Positions 36,436 through 46,841 are shown, counted from the whole stretch's first letter. The stretch: 63,973 nucleotides of DNA, filler included, from an uncultured bacterium (GCA_964637655.1; 4 parts of 4 records of this genome joined end to end with filler, not necessarily neighbours in it); one strand, 5' to 3'. Numbers and translations are program-made. The notes: generated by a model from the sequence alone, not told the origin.

Positions 36436-37593
36436 GTGAAATTTACTAGGATTCAACTGAAGAATTGGCGTAACTTCGTCGCGGCTGACACACCGCTGGC
36501 TGAACGCGTGTTCTTGGTTGGGCCAAATGCGGCGGGCAAATCAAATTTTTTGGATGCGTTCCGTTTTCTGCATGATTTGGCCGCGCCGGTGGCGGGCGGT
36601 TTTCAGGCGGCGGTGGGCAACGGCCGCGGCGGGGTTTCCGCCATACGTTCGCTGGCGGCGCGCAGTCGTCCGGCCATCGGCATAACTTGTGAAATGCAGG
36701 ACGAATCCGGTGGCATATGGCGTTATGAATTGCGTTTTGACAATGGCGACGACAATGTTCCGGTAGTCAAGCATGAGCGGGTGGAACGTGATGGCAGGGA
36801 ATTGGTATGCCGTCCGGACAAGGATGACAAACTTGACCCGCGCAACTTGCGGCAGACGCATCTGGAACAGACCCGGGTCAATAAGGATTTTCGCGTGGTG
36901 GCGGACTTCTTTGCCACCATCAGTTATGCGCATATCGTGCCGCAGCTGATTCGCCAACCGGACCGGTTTTCCACTCCCGAGCGGCGACATGATCCGTATG
37001 GTGCGGATCTGTTGGAACAGATAGCGGCGGCGAAGACTCCAGAGCAGAAACGTAAACTGAAACTGATTGCCAACGCCCTGCGCATAGCGGTGCCGCAATT
37101 GCAGAAGCTCGAACTGGTGCGCGATACGCGAACTGGGCGCCCGCACCTGCGTGGAAAGTACGAGCATTGGCGCACGCATGGCGCCTGGCAGACGGAAGAA
37201 TCGTTTTCTGACGGGACCTTACGCCTGTTGGGATTGTTGTGGCTGATGCTTGATGCGCCCGGTCCAATCCTGCTGGAAGAGCCGGAATTGTCGCTGCATC
37301 CGGAGATTGTGCGGCATCTGCCTCAAGTGATGGCGGAGGTGCAGCAGTACAGCGGCCGGCAAATTATCTGCAGCACGCATTCCCGCGACTTGCTGCGGGA
37401 TGATGGTATCGGCATGAATGAAGTGTTGCTGCTGAAACCGCAAGCGGAAGGGACGCAAGTGCGAACAGCAGGTGAAATTGCCGAGGTGGTGGCTTTACTA
37501 GAGGGCGGCGTTGATATGGCGGAGGCGGTGGTACCTTTGGCCGGGCCGAATACCGCCCGGCAATTATCCCTGTTTGACGATCAGGTAAAGTGA
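36436..37593 (+). CDS. ABC/AAA_21-type ATPase (defence-associated)
   Basis: IQLKNWRNF, GPNAAGKSN, FSDGTLRL, LLEEPELSLHP, STHS. Confidence 0.87.
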   Translation: MKFTRIQLKNWRNFVAADTPLAERVFLVGPNAAGKSNFLDAFRFLHDLAAPVAGGFQAAVGNGRGGVSAIRSLAARSRPAIGITCEMQDESGGIWRYELRFDNGDDNVPVVKHERVERDGRELVCRPDKDDKLDPRNLRQTHLEQTRVNKDFRVVADFFATISYAHIVPQLIRQPDRFSTPERRHDPYGADLLEQIAAAKTPEQKRKLKLIANALRIAVPQLQKLELVRDTRTGRPHLRGKYEHWRTHGAWQTEESFSDGTLRLLGLLWLMLDAPGPILLEEPELSLHPEIVRHLPQVMAEVQQYSGRQIICSTHSRDLLRDDGIGMNEVLLLKPQAEGTQVRTAGEIAEVVALLEGGVDMAEAVVPLAGPNTARQLSLFDDQVK

Positions 37594-38183
37594 AACGCTA
37601 CGCACATCTTGCGGTTGAAGGATTGCTGGATGAGATGGTCCTGCGGCGCATGCTGGCCGACGCCGGGATAGAAGTGCTGGCGGTACATGGCCATTCGGGC
37701 AAACCGCATCTGCGCAAGTGTATTGATGGCTATAATCGGGCGGCGCAGTTTGGCAACTGGATTGTTGTCGCTGACCTTGACGATGAGCCATGCGCACCGA
37801 CAATGGTACGGCGATGGCTGCCTAAACGCGGTCAAGGCATGTGCCTGCGCATAGCTGTACGCGCCATCGAAGCATGGCTATTGGCCGATCATATGGCTTT
37901 GGCGCGCTATCTTGCGGTATCTCCGATACTGGTACCACGGCAGCCGGACGCGTTGTCGCAACCCAAACAGGCGATGGTTGTCATTGCCGCCAAATCACGT
38001 CAACGGCAGATCCGCGACGGCATGGTGCCGGATCAAGGAAGTGGTAGAACGATTGGCAAACGGTATAACTCCATTCTGGCGCAATTTGCTAGGCAAACAA
38101 ACGGGGGTTGGAACCCTAAACGTGCGGCGCGAAATTCTGACAGCTTGCGACGTGCGTTGCGGGCGATAAGCGCGTTGAGATAG
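37590..38183 (+). CDS. TOPRIM-like nuclease (DUF4276/DUF4435-like)
   Basis: AVEGLLDE, ADLDD, IEAWLLAD, NSDSL; GTGA overlap with the ATPase gene. Confidence 0.72.
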   Translation: MKRYAHLAVEGLLDEMVLRRMLADAGIEVLAVHGHSGKPHLRKCIDGYNRAAQFGNWIVVADLDDEPCAPTMVRRWLPKRGQGMCLRIAVRAIEAWLLADHMALARYLAVSPILVPRQPDALSQPKQAMVVIAAKSRQRQIRDGMVPDQGSGRTIGKRYNSILAQFARQTNGGWNPKRAARNSDSLRRALRAISALR

Positions 38184-38260
38184 AAGTTGCGGGGCACGTT
38201 GCCAAGTCGCGAATGAGCTGCATTTTCCTTAACGCAGTCGCGCCCCTCCCTGCCGCACCG

Positions 38261-38289
38261 TTGAAATACTTGGCCGCACAATGTACAAT
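38261..38289 (+). promoter_or_regulatory. Sigma70-type promoter for uvrA
   Basis: TTGAAA, 17-bp spacer, TACAAT. Confidence 0.55.
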
Positions 38290-38340
38290 AACTGACCGCT
38301 GATTTCCGCGCTGACGGGCGGCTGGCGGGCAGGGGAAATC

Positions 38341-41169
38341 ATGGCTGACAGCATTGTTGTCCGGCACGCGAAGGTACACAACCTCAAGGATATTTCGGTA
38401 ACCATCCCGCGCGACAAACTGGTCGTCGTCTGCGGGGTGTCGGGGTCGGGCAAATCGACGCTGGCGTTCGACACGCTCTTCGCCGAGGGGCAGCGCCGCT
38501 ACGTCGAGTCGCTCTCCGCCTACGCGCGGCAGTTCCTCGGGCAACTGGACCGCCCCGATGTGGAATCGATTGACGGGCTGTCCCCCGCCATCGCCATCGA
38601 ACAGAAGAGCGTGGGGCACAACCCGCGCTCGACGGTCGGCACCATCACCGAGATCTACGACTACCTGCGGCTGCTCTACGCGCGCCTCGGCACGGTGCAC
38701 TGCCCCAAGGGGCACGGGGCCATCGAGCGGCGCGACCCGGTGGCCATTGTCGACGACATTCTCAAGCGCTACGAGGGCAAGGACATCATGCTGCTCGCCC
38801 CGGCGGTGACGGGGCGCAAGGGTGAGTATCGCGAACTGTTCGAGCGGCTGCGCGGCGAGGGGCTGGTGCGGGTCATGGTCGATGGCAAGGTCTACCGCCT
38901 CGACGAGCCGATCAAACTCGACAAGCAGAAAAAGCACATCATCGACGTGGTGGTCGACCGCCTGACGGTGACGGCGGCGGACCGCAACCGCATCACCGAG
39001 TCGCTCGCCACCGCGCTGAAACTGGGCGAGGAGCGGGTGAAAATCGCCTGCGGGAAGGAGACGGAACTGCTCGGCACGAAATTCGCCTGCGTCGAGTGCG
39101 GGTTCATGCTCGAGGAACTGACCCCGCGCGCCTTCTCGTTCAATTCTCCCTACGGCGCCTGCCCGACATGCAGCGGACTGGGGGTCGAACTGAAGATGGA
39201 CCCGGCGCTGGTCATCCCCGACCCGGAGCGGGCGCTGCGGCACGGCGCGCTTGCCCCGTTCCAGGGGACGAGCGGGTATTATTTCAACATCATCGCCGCG
39301 CTCGGCAAGACGTTCGGGTTCACCCTTGATACACCGTATAAGCAGTTGTCGGAGCGGGCGAAGCAGGCGCTGCTCTACGGCACGGACGAGCGCATCCCGG
39401 TGGAGTGGAAGAGTGCGAATTTCGACGGGCGGGCGCAGCACCGCTGGGAGGGCATCCTCAATACCCTCGAACGGCGTTATCGCGAGACGAAATCGGAGGA
39501 GCAGCGCGAGGCCTACCGGCGGTACATGAGTGAGACCCCGTGCCACGCCTGCAAGGGGCAGCGGCTGCGCCCCGAGGTGCTGGCGGTCACGGTCGGCGGG
39601 AAGAGCATCGTCGACGTCACCGCGCTGACCGTGCGCGACGCGCTGGCGTTCATCGAGGCGCGGCGCGCGGAGTGGGTGCAGGACGACACCGGGAAGCAGG
39701 CGGTCTTTCTCCCCATCTACCGCGAGGTGAGCAAGCGCCTGCAGTTCCTCATCAACGTCGGGCTCGATTACCTGACGCTCGACCGCAGCGCGGCGACGCT
39801 GGCGGGAGGGGAGGGGCAGCGCATCCGCCTCGCCACGCAACTGGGGGCGGCCCTGGTCGGGGTACTGTACATCCTCGACGAGCCGAGCATCGGGCTGCAC
39901 CCGCGCGACAACGAGCGGCTGCTGCGCGCCCTGCGTGACCTGCAGCAGATCGGCAACACCGTGCTGGTCATCGAGCATGACGAGGAAACGATTATGGCCG
40001 CGGACTACGTGGTCGAGCTCGGGCCCGGGGCGGGTGAGCACGGCGGCGAGGTGGTGGCGGCGGGCACGCCGGCGCAGATCGTCAAGAGCCGCAAGTCGCC
40101 GACGGGGGCGTTCCTTGCCGGGCGCAAGAAGGTCTTCCGGCGCGACCGCAACACGGACGACCCGGAGCAGTACCTCATCGTGCGCGGGGCGAAGGAGCAC
40201 AACCTCAAGACCGTCGACGCGTTCTTTCCACTCGGGCGTTTCATCTGCCTGACGGGGGTCTCGGGCTCGGGGAAGAGCACGCTGCTCAACGACGTCATGT
40301 TCCCCTGGCTGCAGCGCAAGCTGCTGCACGCGCGGCTGCCGGTGGGGCGCTGCCGCGAAATCGAAAACTGGCACCTGGTCGACAAGATCATCGACGTCGA
40401 CCAGTCACCCATCGGGCGCACGCCGCGCTCGAATCCGGCGACCTACGTCGGGGTGTTCGGCACCATCCGCGACCTGTTCGCACTGACCCCCGAGGCGAAA
40501 GCGCGCGGCTACGCGCCCGGGCGCTTCTCGTTCAACGTGCGCGGCGGCAGGTGCGAAACGTGCGAGGGGGCGGGCACCCTGCGCGTGGAGATGCATTTCC
40601 TGCCGGAAGTGTACGTGACGTGCCATGCCTGCCGCGGGGCGCGCTACAACCGCGACACGCTCGAGGTGAAATTCAAGGGCTACAGCATCGCCGACGTGCT
40701 GCAGATGACCGTTGACCGCGCCTGCGAGGTCTTCGCCAACCACCGGCAGATCTTCCACAAACTGGAGACGCTGCAGCGGGTGGGACTGGGCTATATCCGC
40801 CTCGGGCAGCCGGCGACGACGCTGTCGGGAGGTGAGGCGCAGCGGGTGAAACTGGCGACGGAACTGTCGCGGCGCTCGACCGGCAAGACGCTGTACATCC
40901 TCGACGAGCCGACCACGGGACTGCATTTTGCCGACATCGACAAGCTGCTGCGCGTGCTCGACGAACTGGTGGCGCGCGGCAATACGGTGCTGGTCATCGA
41001 GCACAACCTTGATGTCATCGGCAATGCCGACTGGATCATCGATCTCGGTCCCGAGGGGGGCGAGGGGGGCGGGCAGGTGGTGGCGGCGGGGAAGTTCAGC
41101 GAGGTGCTGGGGACGAAGGGGTCACACACCGCGCAGGCGCTGCGCGCCTGGCAGCAGCGCCACGGCTGA
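38341..41169 (+). CDS. uvrA: Excinuclease ABC subunit A
   Basis: Two GVSGSGKS Walker A motifs, AEGQRRYVESLS, zinc fingers, LSGGEAQRVKLA, IDLGPEGG. Confidence 0.97.
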   Translation: MADSIVVRHAKVHNLKDISVTIPRDKLVVVCGVSGSGKSTLAFDTLFAEGQRRYVESLSAYARQFLGQLDRPDVESIDGLSPAIAIEQKSVGHNPRSTVGTITEIYDYLRLLYARLGTVHCPKGHGAIERRDPVAIVDDILKRYEGKDIMLLAPAVTGRKGEYRELFERLRGEGLVRVMVDGKVYRLDEPIKLDKQKKHIIDVVVDRLTVTAADRNRITESLATALKLGEERVKIACGKETELLGTKFACVECGFMLEELTPRAFSFNSPYGACPTCSGLGVELKMDPALVIPDPERALRHGALAPFQGTSGYYFNIIAALGKTFGFTLDTPYKQLSERAKQALLYGTDERIPVEWKSANFDGRAQHRWEGILNTLERRYRETKSEEQREAYRRYMSETPCHACKGQRLRPEVLAVTVGGKSIVDVTALTVRDALAFIEARRAEWVQDDTGKQAVFLPIYREVSKRLQFLINVGLDYLTLDRSAATLAGGEGQRIRLATQLGAALVGVLYILDEPSIGLHPRDNERLLRALRDLQQIGNTVLVIEHDEETIMAADYVVELGPGAGEHGGEVVAAGTPAQIVKSRKSPTGAFLAGRKKVFRRDRNTDDPEQYLIVRGAKEHNLKTVDAFFPLGRFICLTGVSGSGKSTLLNDVMFPWLQRKLLHARLPVGRCREIENWHLVDKIIDVDQSPIGRTPRSNPATYVGVFGTIRDLFALTPEAKARGYAPGRFSFNVRGGRCETCEGAGTLRVEMHFLPEVYVTCHACRGARYNRDTLEVKFKGYSIADVLQMTVDRACEVFANHRQIFHKLETLQRVGLGYIRLGQPATTLSGGEAQRVKLATELSRRSTGKTLYILDEPTTGLHFADIDKLLRVLDELVARGNTVLVIEHNLDVIGNADWIIDLGPEGGEGGGQVVAAGKFSEVLGTKGSHTAQALRAWQQRHG

Positions 41170-41265
41170 CCGCGCCACCGCGCAGAGGTGACAGGCGGCA
41201 TGGATTTTGCTATTGATAGCATTGAGTTCAGGTGCGCGTGCACCACAAACGGCAGGTAACACATC

Positions 41266-42240
41266 ATGTGGAAACTGTTCGGCGGTTTATACCTGGGCTG
41301 GGGCATCGGCGCAAATGATTCGGCAAAGATCTTCGCCCCGGCCATCGCGACCAATACCATCCGGTACCGTACGGCCATCCTCTTCATCTGTGTTTTTGTG
41401 ATGGCGGGAGCGATCCTGCAGGGCTATACCCTGTATGACGGATACAAATTCGGCGGCGGTTCCCCCGACACGGCGACGCTGTTGAAAGAGGCGACCATTG
41501 CCACCAATGCGGCGGCGTTTGCCGTAATGGTGGCGACGATCTTCGGTATTCCCGTATCGAGTTCGCAGGCCGCGGTCGGGGCACTGATCGGGGTTGCGGC
41601 GGTGCGTCTCGGCTGGGGCGGACTCGACTACGCGCCGATTGTCAAGATGCTGGTCTGCTGGGTGGTCACGCCGCTGGCCGGGGCCCTCATCGCCTACGGG
41701 TGTTTTCTTGTGCTGCGCGTAATGATGCGCCGCCTGCTGCGTGACATGAATATGCAGCAGCGGTTCCTGCGCTACGGCATCATTATCATCGGCTGCTACG
41801 AGGCATTTGCACTTGGCGCCAATAATGTCGTGGTTACGACGGCGCCGTTTTATCAGGCGGGACTGTTCGGCCCCCCGGGCCCGGAGGCGGTTGAAGCGCA
41901 GGAGGTGGCGGCGGCGCTCGGCGCGGCAGCCATTGCCATCGGGGCGATGACCTTTGCCAAACGGGTTATTGAAACCTTCGGCCGCAAGGTGACAGTGCTT
42001 GATCCGTTCTCGGCGTTCGTGGTGGCGATAGCCACGGGAACGACTATGGAGGTTTTCACCCTGCTCAAGGTGCCGGTCTCGATCACACAGGCCGGCGTGG
42101 GGGCGCTGGTCGGGGTCGGTCTGACACAGGGGGCCGGAGGCATTTCCCTGCCGATGCTGCGGCGCATTGTCGGTGCCTGGTTTATCTCGCCCCTGGTCGC
42201 CGGCGGTCTCGCCTACGCGGCCGCCTGCCTGCTGGCCTGA
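41266..42240 (+). CDS. PiT family inorganic phosphate/anion transporter
   Basis: GIGANDSA, PVSSSQA, GANN, PVSITQA; multiple TM helices. Confidence 0.88.
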   Translation: MWKLFGGLYLGWGIGANDSAKIFAPAIATNTIRYRTAILFICVFVMAGAILQGYTLYDGYKFGGGSPDTATLLKEATIATNAAAFAVMVATIFGIPVSSSQAAVGALIGVAAVRLGWGGLDYAPIVKMLVCWVVTPLAGALIAYGCFLVLRVMMRRLLRDMNMQQRFLRYGIIIIGCYEAFALGANNVVVTTAPFYQAGLFGPPGPEAVEAQEVAAALGAAAIAIGAMTFAKRVIETFGRKVTVLDPFSAFVVAIATGTTMEVFTLLKVPVSITQAGVGALVGVGLTQGAGGISLPMLRRIVGAWFISPLVAGGLAYAAACLLA

Positions 42241-42244
42241 CGGT

Positions 42245-42865
42245 TCACGCCCGCTTTTCGCTGCCATGCAGCGCGGGCGGCAGTGCGATGCCGCCCGTTC
42301 CCGTCACTGATTCCGGCGCGTCAACCAGCAGCATACCGGTAGTCTCGAGAATGTTCAGGACGACGGCAAAGGCGCAACCAAGCACCACATCGGACGCAGG
42401 ATCGGTGCCCGGCGGGGTTGGGTGCCGCCACGGCTCCTGCTGCAGCAGTTCGCAGGCATGCCGGTACTGCTGCAGTTGTGCCGGTAATACCTGCCCGCCG
42501 GCGGCCGCCTGATTGATCATCGCCTGCAGGGCGTGCAGCGTCTGGGACAGGGCGGCGGCGGTACCGGCAAAAGCGGCGGCATGCAGGGTGCGCCCGCCGG
42601 CGGTGAGGGCGATGACTTCGAGCCGGTCGCCCAGTTCCACGAGACAGGCGGCGAGGCGCAGCTGCCAGCCGGTGACGCGATCGGTGGTTCCGGCCCGCAG
42701 CGCCAGAGTCTGCGCCTGCAGACGCAGGCGTTCCTGCTCGCGCCGCAGACCGTGCAGCAATGCTGCACCGGCCGGGTTGTTCCGGAACGTACTCGCGAGA
42801 TGGTCGCCGGCGTGTGTCAGCACGGCGGACTGGCGGATGATAATGGCGGCAACGGCAGTATGCAT
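42245..42865 (-). CDS. Hypothetical helical protein under a putative sigma54 promoter
   Basis: AGGAGG RBS; 206-aa ORF filling the space between the PiT gene and the response regulator. Confidence 0.6.
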   Translation of the reverse strand: MHTAVAAIIIRQSAVLTHAGDHLASTFRNNPAGAALLHGLRREQERLRLQAQTLALRAGTTDRVTGWQLRLAACLVELGDRLEVIALTAGGRTLHAAAFAGTAAALSQTLHALQAMINQAAAGGQVLPAQLQQYRHACELLQQEPWRHPTPPGTDPASDVVLGCAFAVVLNILETTGMLLVDAPESVTGTGGIALPPALHGSEKRA

Positions 42866-42910
42866 GGATGTCCTCCTGCACGAACAGCGCTCCTGCTGCC
42901 TGTCTGCAGG

Positions 42911-42926
42911 AGCATAAATGATGCCA
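42911..42926 (-). promoter_or_regulatory. Sigma54 -24/-12 promoter
   Basis: Minus strand TGGCATCATTTATGCT has GG-N10-GC spacing, 45 bp upstream of ATG 42865. Confidence 0.65.
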
Positions 42927-42989
42927 TTTATGCCGGAGGCAGGAACGGGCGGAAAAGACTGCCGGGGGGCGGTGGCAGCCGCTGACGGC

Positions 42990-43026
42990 GTGCAATTGCC
43001 TGCACGCCGGGTGCAAACGGTTGCGT
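42990..43026. promoter_or_regulatory. Tandem palindromic sites, candidate enhancer (UAS) for the adjacent activator
   Basis: GTGCAATTGCCTGCAC (42990) and GTGCAAACGGTTGCGT (43011), 21 bp apart. Confidence 0.5.
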
Positions 43027-43032
43027 GGCGGG

Positions 43033-44385
43033 TCAGGCGAGGGAGTGCTGTTTGATCTTGTACTGCAAACTGCGCAGGCTGATGCCGAGGCGGCGCGCCG
43101 CGGTCTGCCGGTGTCCGCCGGATTCGCGCAGCACCTGTGCAATCACGTCGCGTTCGGTCTGGGCGATGCGCTCGCCCAGCAGGCCGTTGCCGGCCGGCCC
43201 GCCGCCGTCGAACTCGCGCACCCGCGTGGGCAGGGTATCGGGAGTGATGACCGTGCCGTCAAGCAGGGTCAGTGCGCGCTCGATAACATTCTCCAGTTCG
43301 CGGATGTTGCCCGGCCACGGGTAGCGCTGGAGCAGGTCGTACACCTCAGGCGCCACGTCCGGCGGGGTGATGCCGGCCCGGCGGGCGCAGCGGTCAAGGA
43401 AGAAGCGGAGCAGCGGCTCAATATCCTCGCGGCGCTCACGCAGCGGCGACAGGTGCAGCTGCACGACATTGAGCCGCCAGTACAGGTCTTCGCGGAACGT
43501 GCCGGCATCGACCAGCGCCCTGAGATCTCGGTTGGTAGCGGCGATAATGCGCACGTCGACGGTGATATCGCGGTTGGTCCCCAGCCGGGTGAAGGCGCGT
43601 TCCTGCAGCACGCGCAGCAGCTTGGCCTGCATGGCGGGGGACAACTCGCCGATTTCGTCGAGGAACACGGTGCCGCCGTCGGCGTATTCAAAACGGCCCT
43701 GGTGATTGTGCACGGCGCCGGTGAAGGAGCCGCGGGCATGACCGAACAACTCGCTTTCCAGCAGCGGGTCGGGGATGGCGGCGCAGTCGACGGCGACAAA
43801 ACGCTGCTGCTGCCGGATCCCGGCGTAGTGCAGGGTGCGGGCGATCAGCCCCTTGCCCGTGCCGCTCTCACCGGTGATCAGCACGCTGGCATGCGAGGTG
43901 CACAGCTTGCGGACGCGCTCGATGACGGGAACGAGAGCCGGGCTGGAACCGATGACGTTGGGAAAGGACGACAGCGAGGTGACATAGGCGCGCAGTTCGC
44001 GGTTTTCCAGGCGCAGCGTCTGCCGCTCACGCTCGCGTTCGAGCAGCAGCAGCAGTTCGTCGAGGTCAAGCGGCTTGAGCAGGTACTGGTCAGCGCCGCG
44101 TTTCAGTGCGCTGACTGCGTCCTCGATGGTGCCGTGGGCGGTGATGGCCATGATGATAGTGCCGGGCCGGGCGGCGCGGATGCCGGTGATGAGGTCAAGC
44201 CCGCTGCCGTCCGGCAGGCGGATGTCGGTAAGCACCACGGCGAAGTCCTGCTCGCTGAGGCGGGCCCGGGCGGCGGCCACGCCGGCGGCGACCACCGGCA
44301 GGTAGCCGCGGGCGGCGAGGAATTCGCATAACTGGCTGGCGGCCAGCGGCTCGTCCTCGATAATGAGCGTGGTAATCCCGGTCAT
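43033..44385 (-). CDS. Sigma54-dependent response regulator (NtrC/AtoC family)
   Basis: Receiver (EDE, TDIRLPD, KP), [37 protein letters not shown], Fis-type HTH. Confidence 0.93.
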   Translation of the reverse strand: MTGITTLIIEDEPLAASQLCEFLAARGYLPVVAAGVAAARARLSEQDFAVVLTDIRLPDGSGLDLITGIRAARPGTIIMAITAHGTIEDAVSALKRGADQYLLKPLDLDELLLLLERERERQTLRLENRELRAYVTSLSSFPNVIGSSPALVPVIERVRKLCTSHASVLITGESGTGKGLIARTLHYAGIRQQQRFVAVDCAAIPDPLLESELFGHARGSFTGAVHNHQGRFEYADGGTVFLDEIGELSPAMQAKLLRVLQERAFTRLGTNRDITVDVRIIAATNRDLRALVDAGTFREDLYWRLNVVQLHLSPLRERREDIEPLLRFFLDRCARRAGITPPDVAPEVYDLLQRYPWPGNIRELENVIERALTLLDGTVITPDTLPTRVREFDGGGPAGNGLLGERIAQTERDVIAQVLRESGGHRQTAARRLGISLRSLQYKIKQHSLA

Positions 44386-44389
44386 ACGG

Positions 44390-46099
44390 TCACCCCGCCA
44401 GCGGCAGGCGCATGCTGACCGTGGTGCCCCGGCCGGGCGCCGAATGCAGGTCGAACTCGCCGCCGTGCGCCTGCACCAGGCGCATGACGTAGGCCAGTCC
44501 GAACCCGTGCCCGTCGCTGCGGGTGCTGAACGGGAAATCAAAGAGTTTCTGCTGCTCCTCCGCTGTCATGCCGCCGCCCGTGTCTGTGATCTGCAGTTCG
44601 TACCGGGTGCCGCCGGCCACCGCGCCGCGCACGGTGAGTATACCACCGGCTTTCATCGACTGACAAGCGTTGAGCACCAGGTTGCGCACGGCCTGATGAA
44701 AACGGATGCGGTCGAGGCGGACGGGGGGGGCGGCGGCAAGTTCCTCGCGCAGGGTGAGGCCGAGCGACTCGATCTGCGGGTGCAGCAAGCGCAGCGCTTC
44801 GCGGGTTTCCGCCGCGGCATCGAGCGACTGCAGGCGCAGCACCGGCTCGCCTCCCGCCTCGATGAAATCACGCAGGGTTTGGTTAAGCCGGCGGATCTCG
44901 GCCCGCACCAGTTCGACCTTCTCACCGCATTCGGGGGCGTCCGGCGGCAGGCGATCCTTGAGCACGCGCAGGGTGATCTCCATCGCGTTGAGCGGGTTGC
45001 GGATCTCGTGCGCGAGTTCCGCGGTGACACGTCCGATGACTGCCAGCTTGCTCGCGGTCAGCAGCTGGCGCTGGGCCCGTTCGGCTGCCACATGCGAATG
45101 CTGCAACCGGGCAAGCATGGCGGTGAAATGCGCGGCCAGCTCGGCGAATTCACGCCAGCGTGACCCCGGGAGATTTACGGGGGCCGGCTCGGCGGCGGCC
45201 CGGTCCATGGCCGCCAGCAGGGCGCGCAGCGGGGCACTGAACGTGCGGCCGAAAAGCAGCGCGAACAGGATGGCGAGCAGCAGGCCGCAGGCGAGTACGA
45301 GGGCAAAGGCCTGACGGTAGGCGGGTGATTCGGGCGAGAAGGCGGCGGCATCCTGCCAGATGAGCAGACCGCCGAACGGGGTACCGTCAGTGTGAAGCAG
45401 CGGCAGAAAATAGTGCCAGCGCCCGCCGGCGGTGAGCACGGACGGCGGCGCCGGGAACTGTGCCGGCGCCACGTGCGGCAGCGCACCGGTATGGGCGATC
45501 GGCACGGTATCCTGATACAACACGAGGTGCAGGCCGGTGATGGCCCGATACCGGGCGAGAAAGTCGGCGTTCAGGCGCACGCCGGTCATCAGCGTGCCGC
45601 ACAGGTCGCCGCTGGCGCTGCGCACCGGCGCGACGGCACGCAGGGCAATGCCGGAGACACCCGACTCGATGTCGGCGGCCGGTGTTCCGGCCAGCGCAGC
45701 GACGATGATTCGCTGCACCGACTTGTCCTCACCGTAATCACCGGGCTGGTGGCCGCGCGCCCGCACGTGGCCGTCACGGTCGCCCGCCTCGAGCAGGTCG
45801 AGGGTTGATAGACGGTATAATTCCTCCAGCCGCCTGGCCAGTGTCTGCCGGTCGCCGGCCGCCAGCGCGGAGCGCACCGTCGCGTCAGCGGCACATTTCT
45901 CCGCCTGGGCCGTGAGCAGCGCCAGCCGCCGGGTGATTTCGCTGCGCACGCCATCGCCGGCCTGGCGTGCCTGGCGGTTGAACTCGTCATGCACGGCGGT
46001 GTCAAGGAGGTGGGCGAAAAAAAAGGCGCCGGCAGCCGCCGGCAGCACCGCGAGCAGCAGCAGGGCAATGGTCAGGCCGGTCCGATAGCTCAGGTGCAC
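44390..46099 (-). CDS. Sensor histidine kinase (Cache-like sensor, HAMP, HisKA, HATPase)
   Basis: Two TM helices, AHEIRNPL, NLVLNA, DTGGG, GHGFGL. Start uncertain (GTG 46099 preferred over 46150). Confidence 0.9.
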   Translation of the reverse strand: MHLSYRTGLTIALLLLAVLPAAAGAFFFAHLLDTAVHDEFNRQARQAGDGVRSEITRRLALLTAQAEKCAADATVRSALAAGDRQTLARRLEELYRLSTLDLLEAGDRDGHVRARGHQPGDYGEDKSVQRIIVAALAGTPAADIESGVSGIALRAVAPVRSASGDLCGTLMTGVRLNADFLARYRAITGLHLVLYQDTVPIAHTGALPHVAPAQFPAPPSVLTAGGRWHYFLPLLHTDGTPFGGLLIWQDAAAFSPESPAYRQAFALVLACGLLLAILFALLFGRTFSAPLRALLAAMDRAAAEPAPVNLPGSRWREFAELAAHFTAMLARLQHSHVAAERAQRQLLTASKLAVIGRVTAELAHEIRNPLNAMEITLRVLKDRLPPDAPECGEKVELVRAEIRRLNQTLRDFIEAGGEPVLRLQSLDAAAETREALRLLHPQIESLGLTLREELAAAPPVRLDRIRFHQAVRNLVLNACQSMKAGGILTVRGAVAGGTRYELQITDTGGGMTAEEQQKLFDFPFSTRSDGHGFGLAYVMRLVQAHGGEFDLHSAPGRGTTVSMRLPLAG

Positions 46100-46140
46100 G
46101 CGGTATCCCGCCACTCTGCCGGACCTGTTGCCGGGAGAGG

Positions 46141-46167
46141 AAAACACCACCCCCGGGCGGGGGCGGC
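46141..46167 (-). terminator. Possible terminator after the DUF47 gene
   Basis: 9-bp GC-rich stem with two G-U pairs, 4-nt loop, followed by GTTTT on the minus strand. Confidence 0.45.
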
Positions 46168-46181
46168 GGCATGAAACCGGA

Positions 46182-46832
46182 TCAGAGTTTCATCTTGATC
46201 ATCGACAGGGCGACATACTCGGCGGTGTTCTCGGTCTTGTCGGCAATGTCGGAGATCATGGTGATGATCTTGCGGAAGATGATCTTGTCCGCCTTGTCGA
46301 TGGCGGTGCATTTCTTGAACAGGTAGACCTCGGCGGCCCACTCGATGGAGTCGACCTTCTGCTCGGCAGTCGAGACGTCGGCGGCCAGTTCGATGACCTT
46401 GTCGGGATCGGACGGAATGTACTTGAACATGACAAGGAAAGCGCGGTAGGCGTCAATGACGGCGGCGGTCATCTGTTTCAGCGAATCGCCCAGTTCACAC
46501 GGCGGCTCGACATAGGTGAGGTAGATTTCCTTGCACACCTTGACCGCCAGCCCCGGCAGTTTGTCGACCATGTCGGGAATGGTGAGGAAATTCTCGCGGT
46601 AGAACGGCAGAAATGCGCCGCCGCAGAGAGCGTGCTGGATCTCGCGCTTGACGAGATCCGCCTCGTGCTCCTTTTTGTGCACCTTGTAGGAGAGCTCCTT
46701 GAGGTCCTCGGCCGGGATCCCCTTGACGTAGGCGTCCATGAAGTCGCCGAACATCAGCAGCGCCTCCTCGCACAGTTTGAAGTGCCGGCCCATCAACTCG
46801 ATGACCTTGTCTTCTTTCTTGTCCCAGAACAT
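46182..46832 (-). CDS. DUF47 / PhoU-like phosphate transport regulator
   Basis: EHEADLVKREI, GAFLPFYRE, EQKVD, ISDIADKTEN; directly follows a PiT gene. Confidence 0.9.
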   Translation of the reverse strand: MFWDKKEDKVIELMGRHFKLCEEALLMFGDFMDAYVKGIPAEDLKELSYKVHKKEHEADLVKREIQHALCGGAFLPFYRENFLTIPDMVDKLPGLAVKVCKEIYLTYVEPPCELGDSLKQMTAAVIDAYRAFLVMFKYIPSDPDKVIELAADVSTAEQKVDSIEWAAEVYLFKKCTAIDKADKIIFRKIITMISDIADKTENTAEYVALSMIKMKL

Positions 46833-46841
46833 GGCGCCCTC

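Noticed and set aside
28978-38183. One continuous defence island (type I R-M + type ISP-like + ATPase/TOPRIM)
   Set aside because: Split by an artificial spacer between apparently size-sorted contigs; linkage is unsupported.
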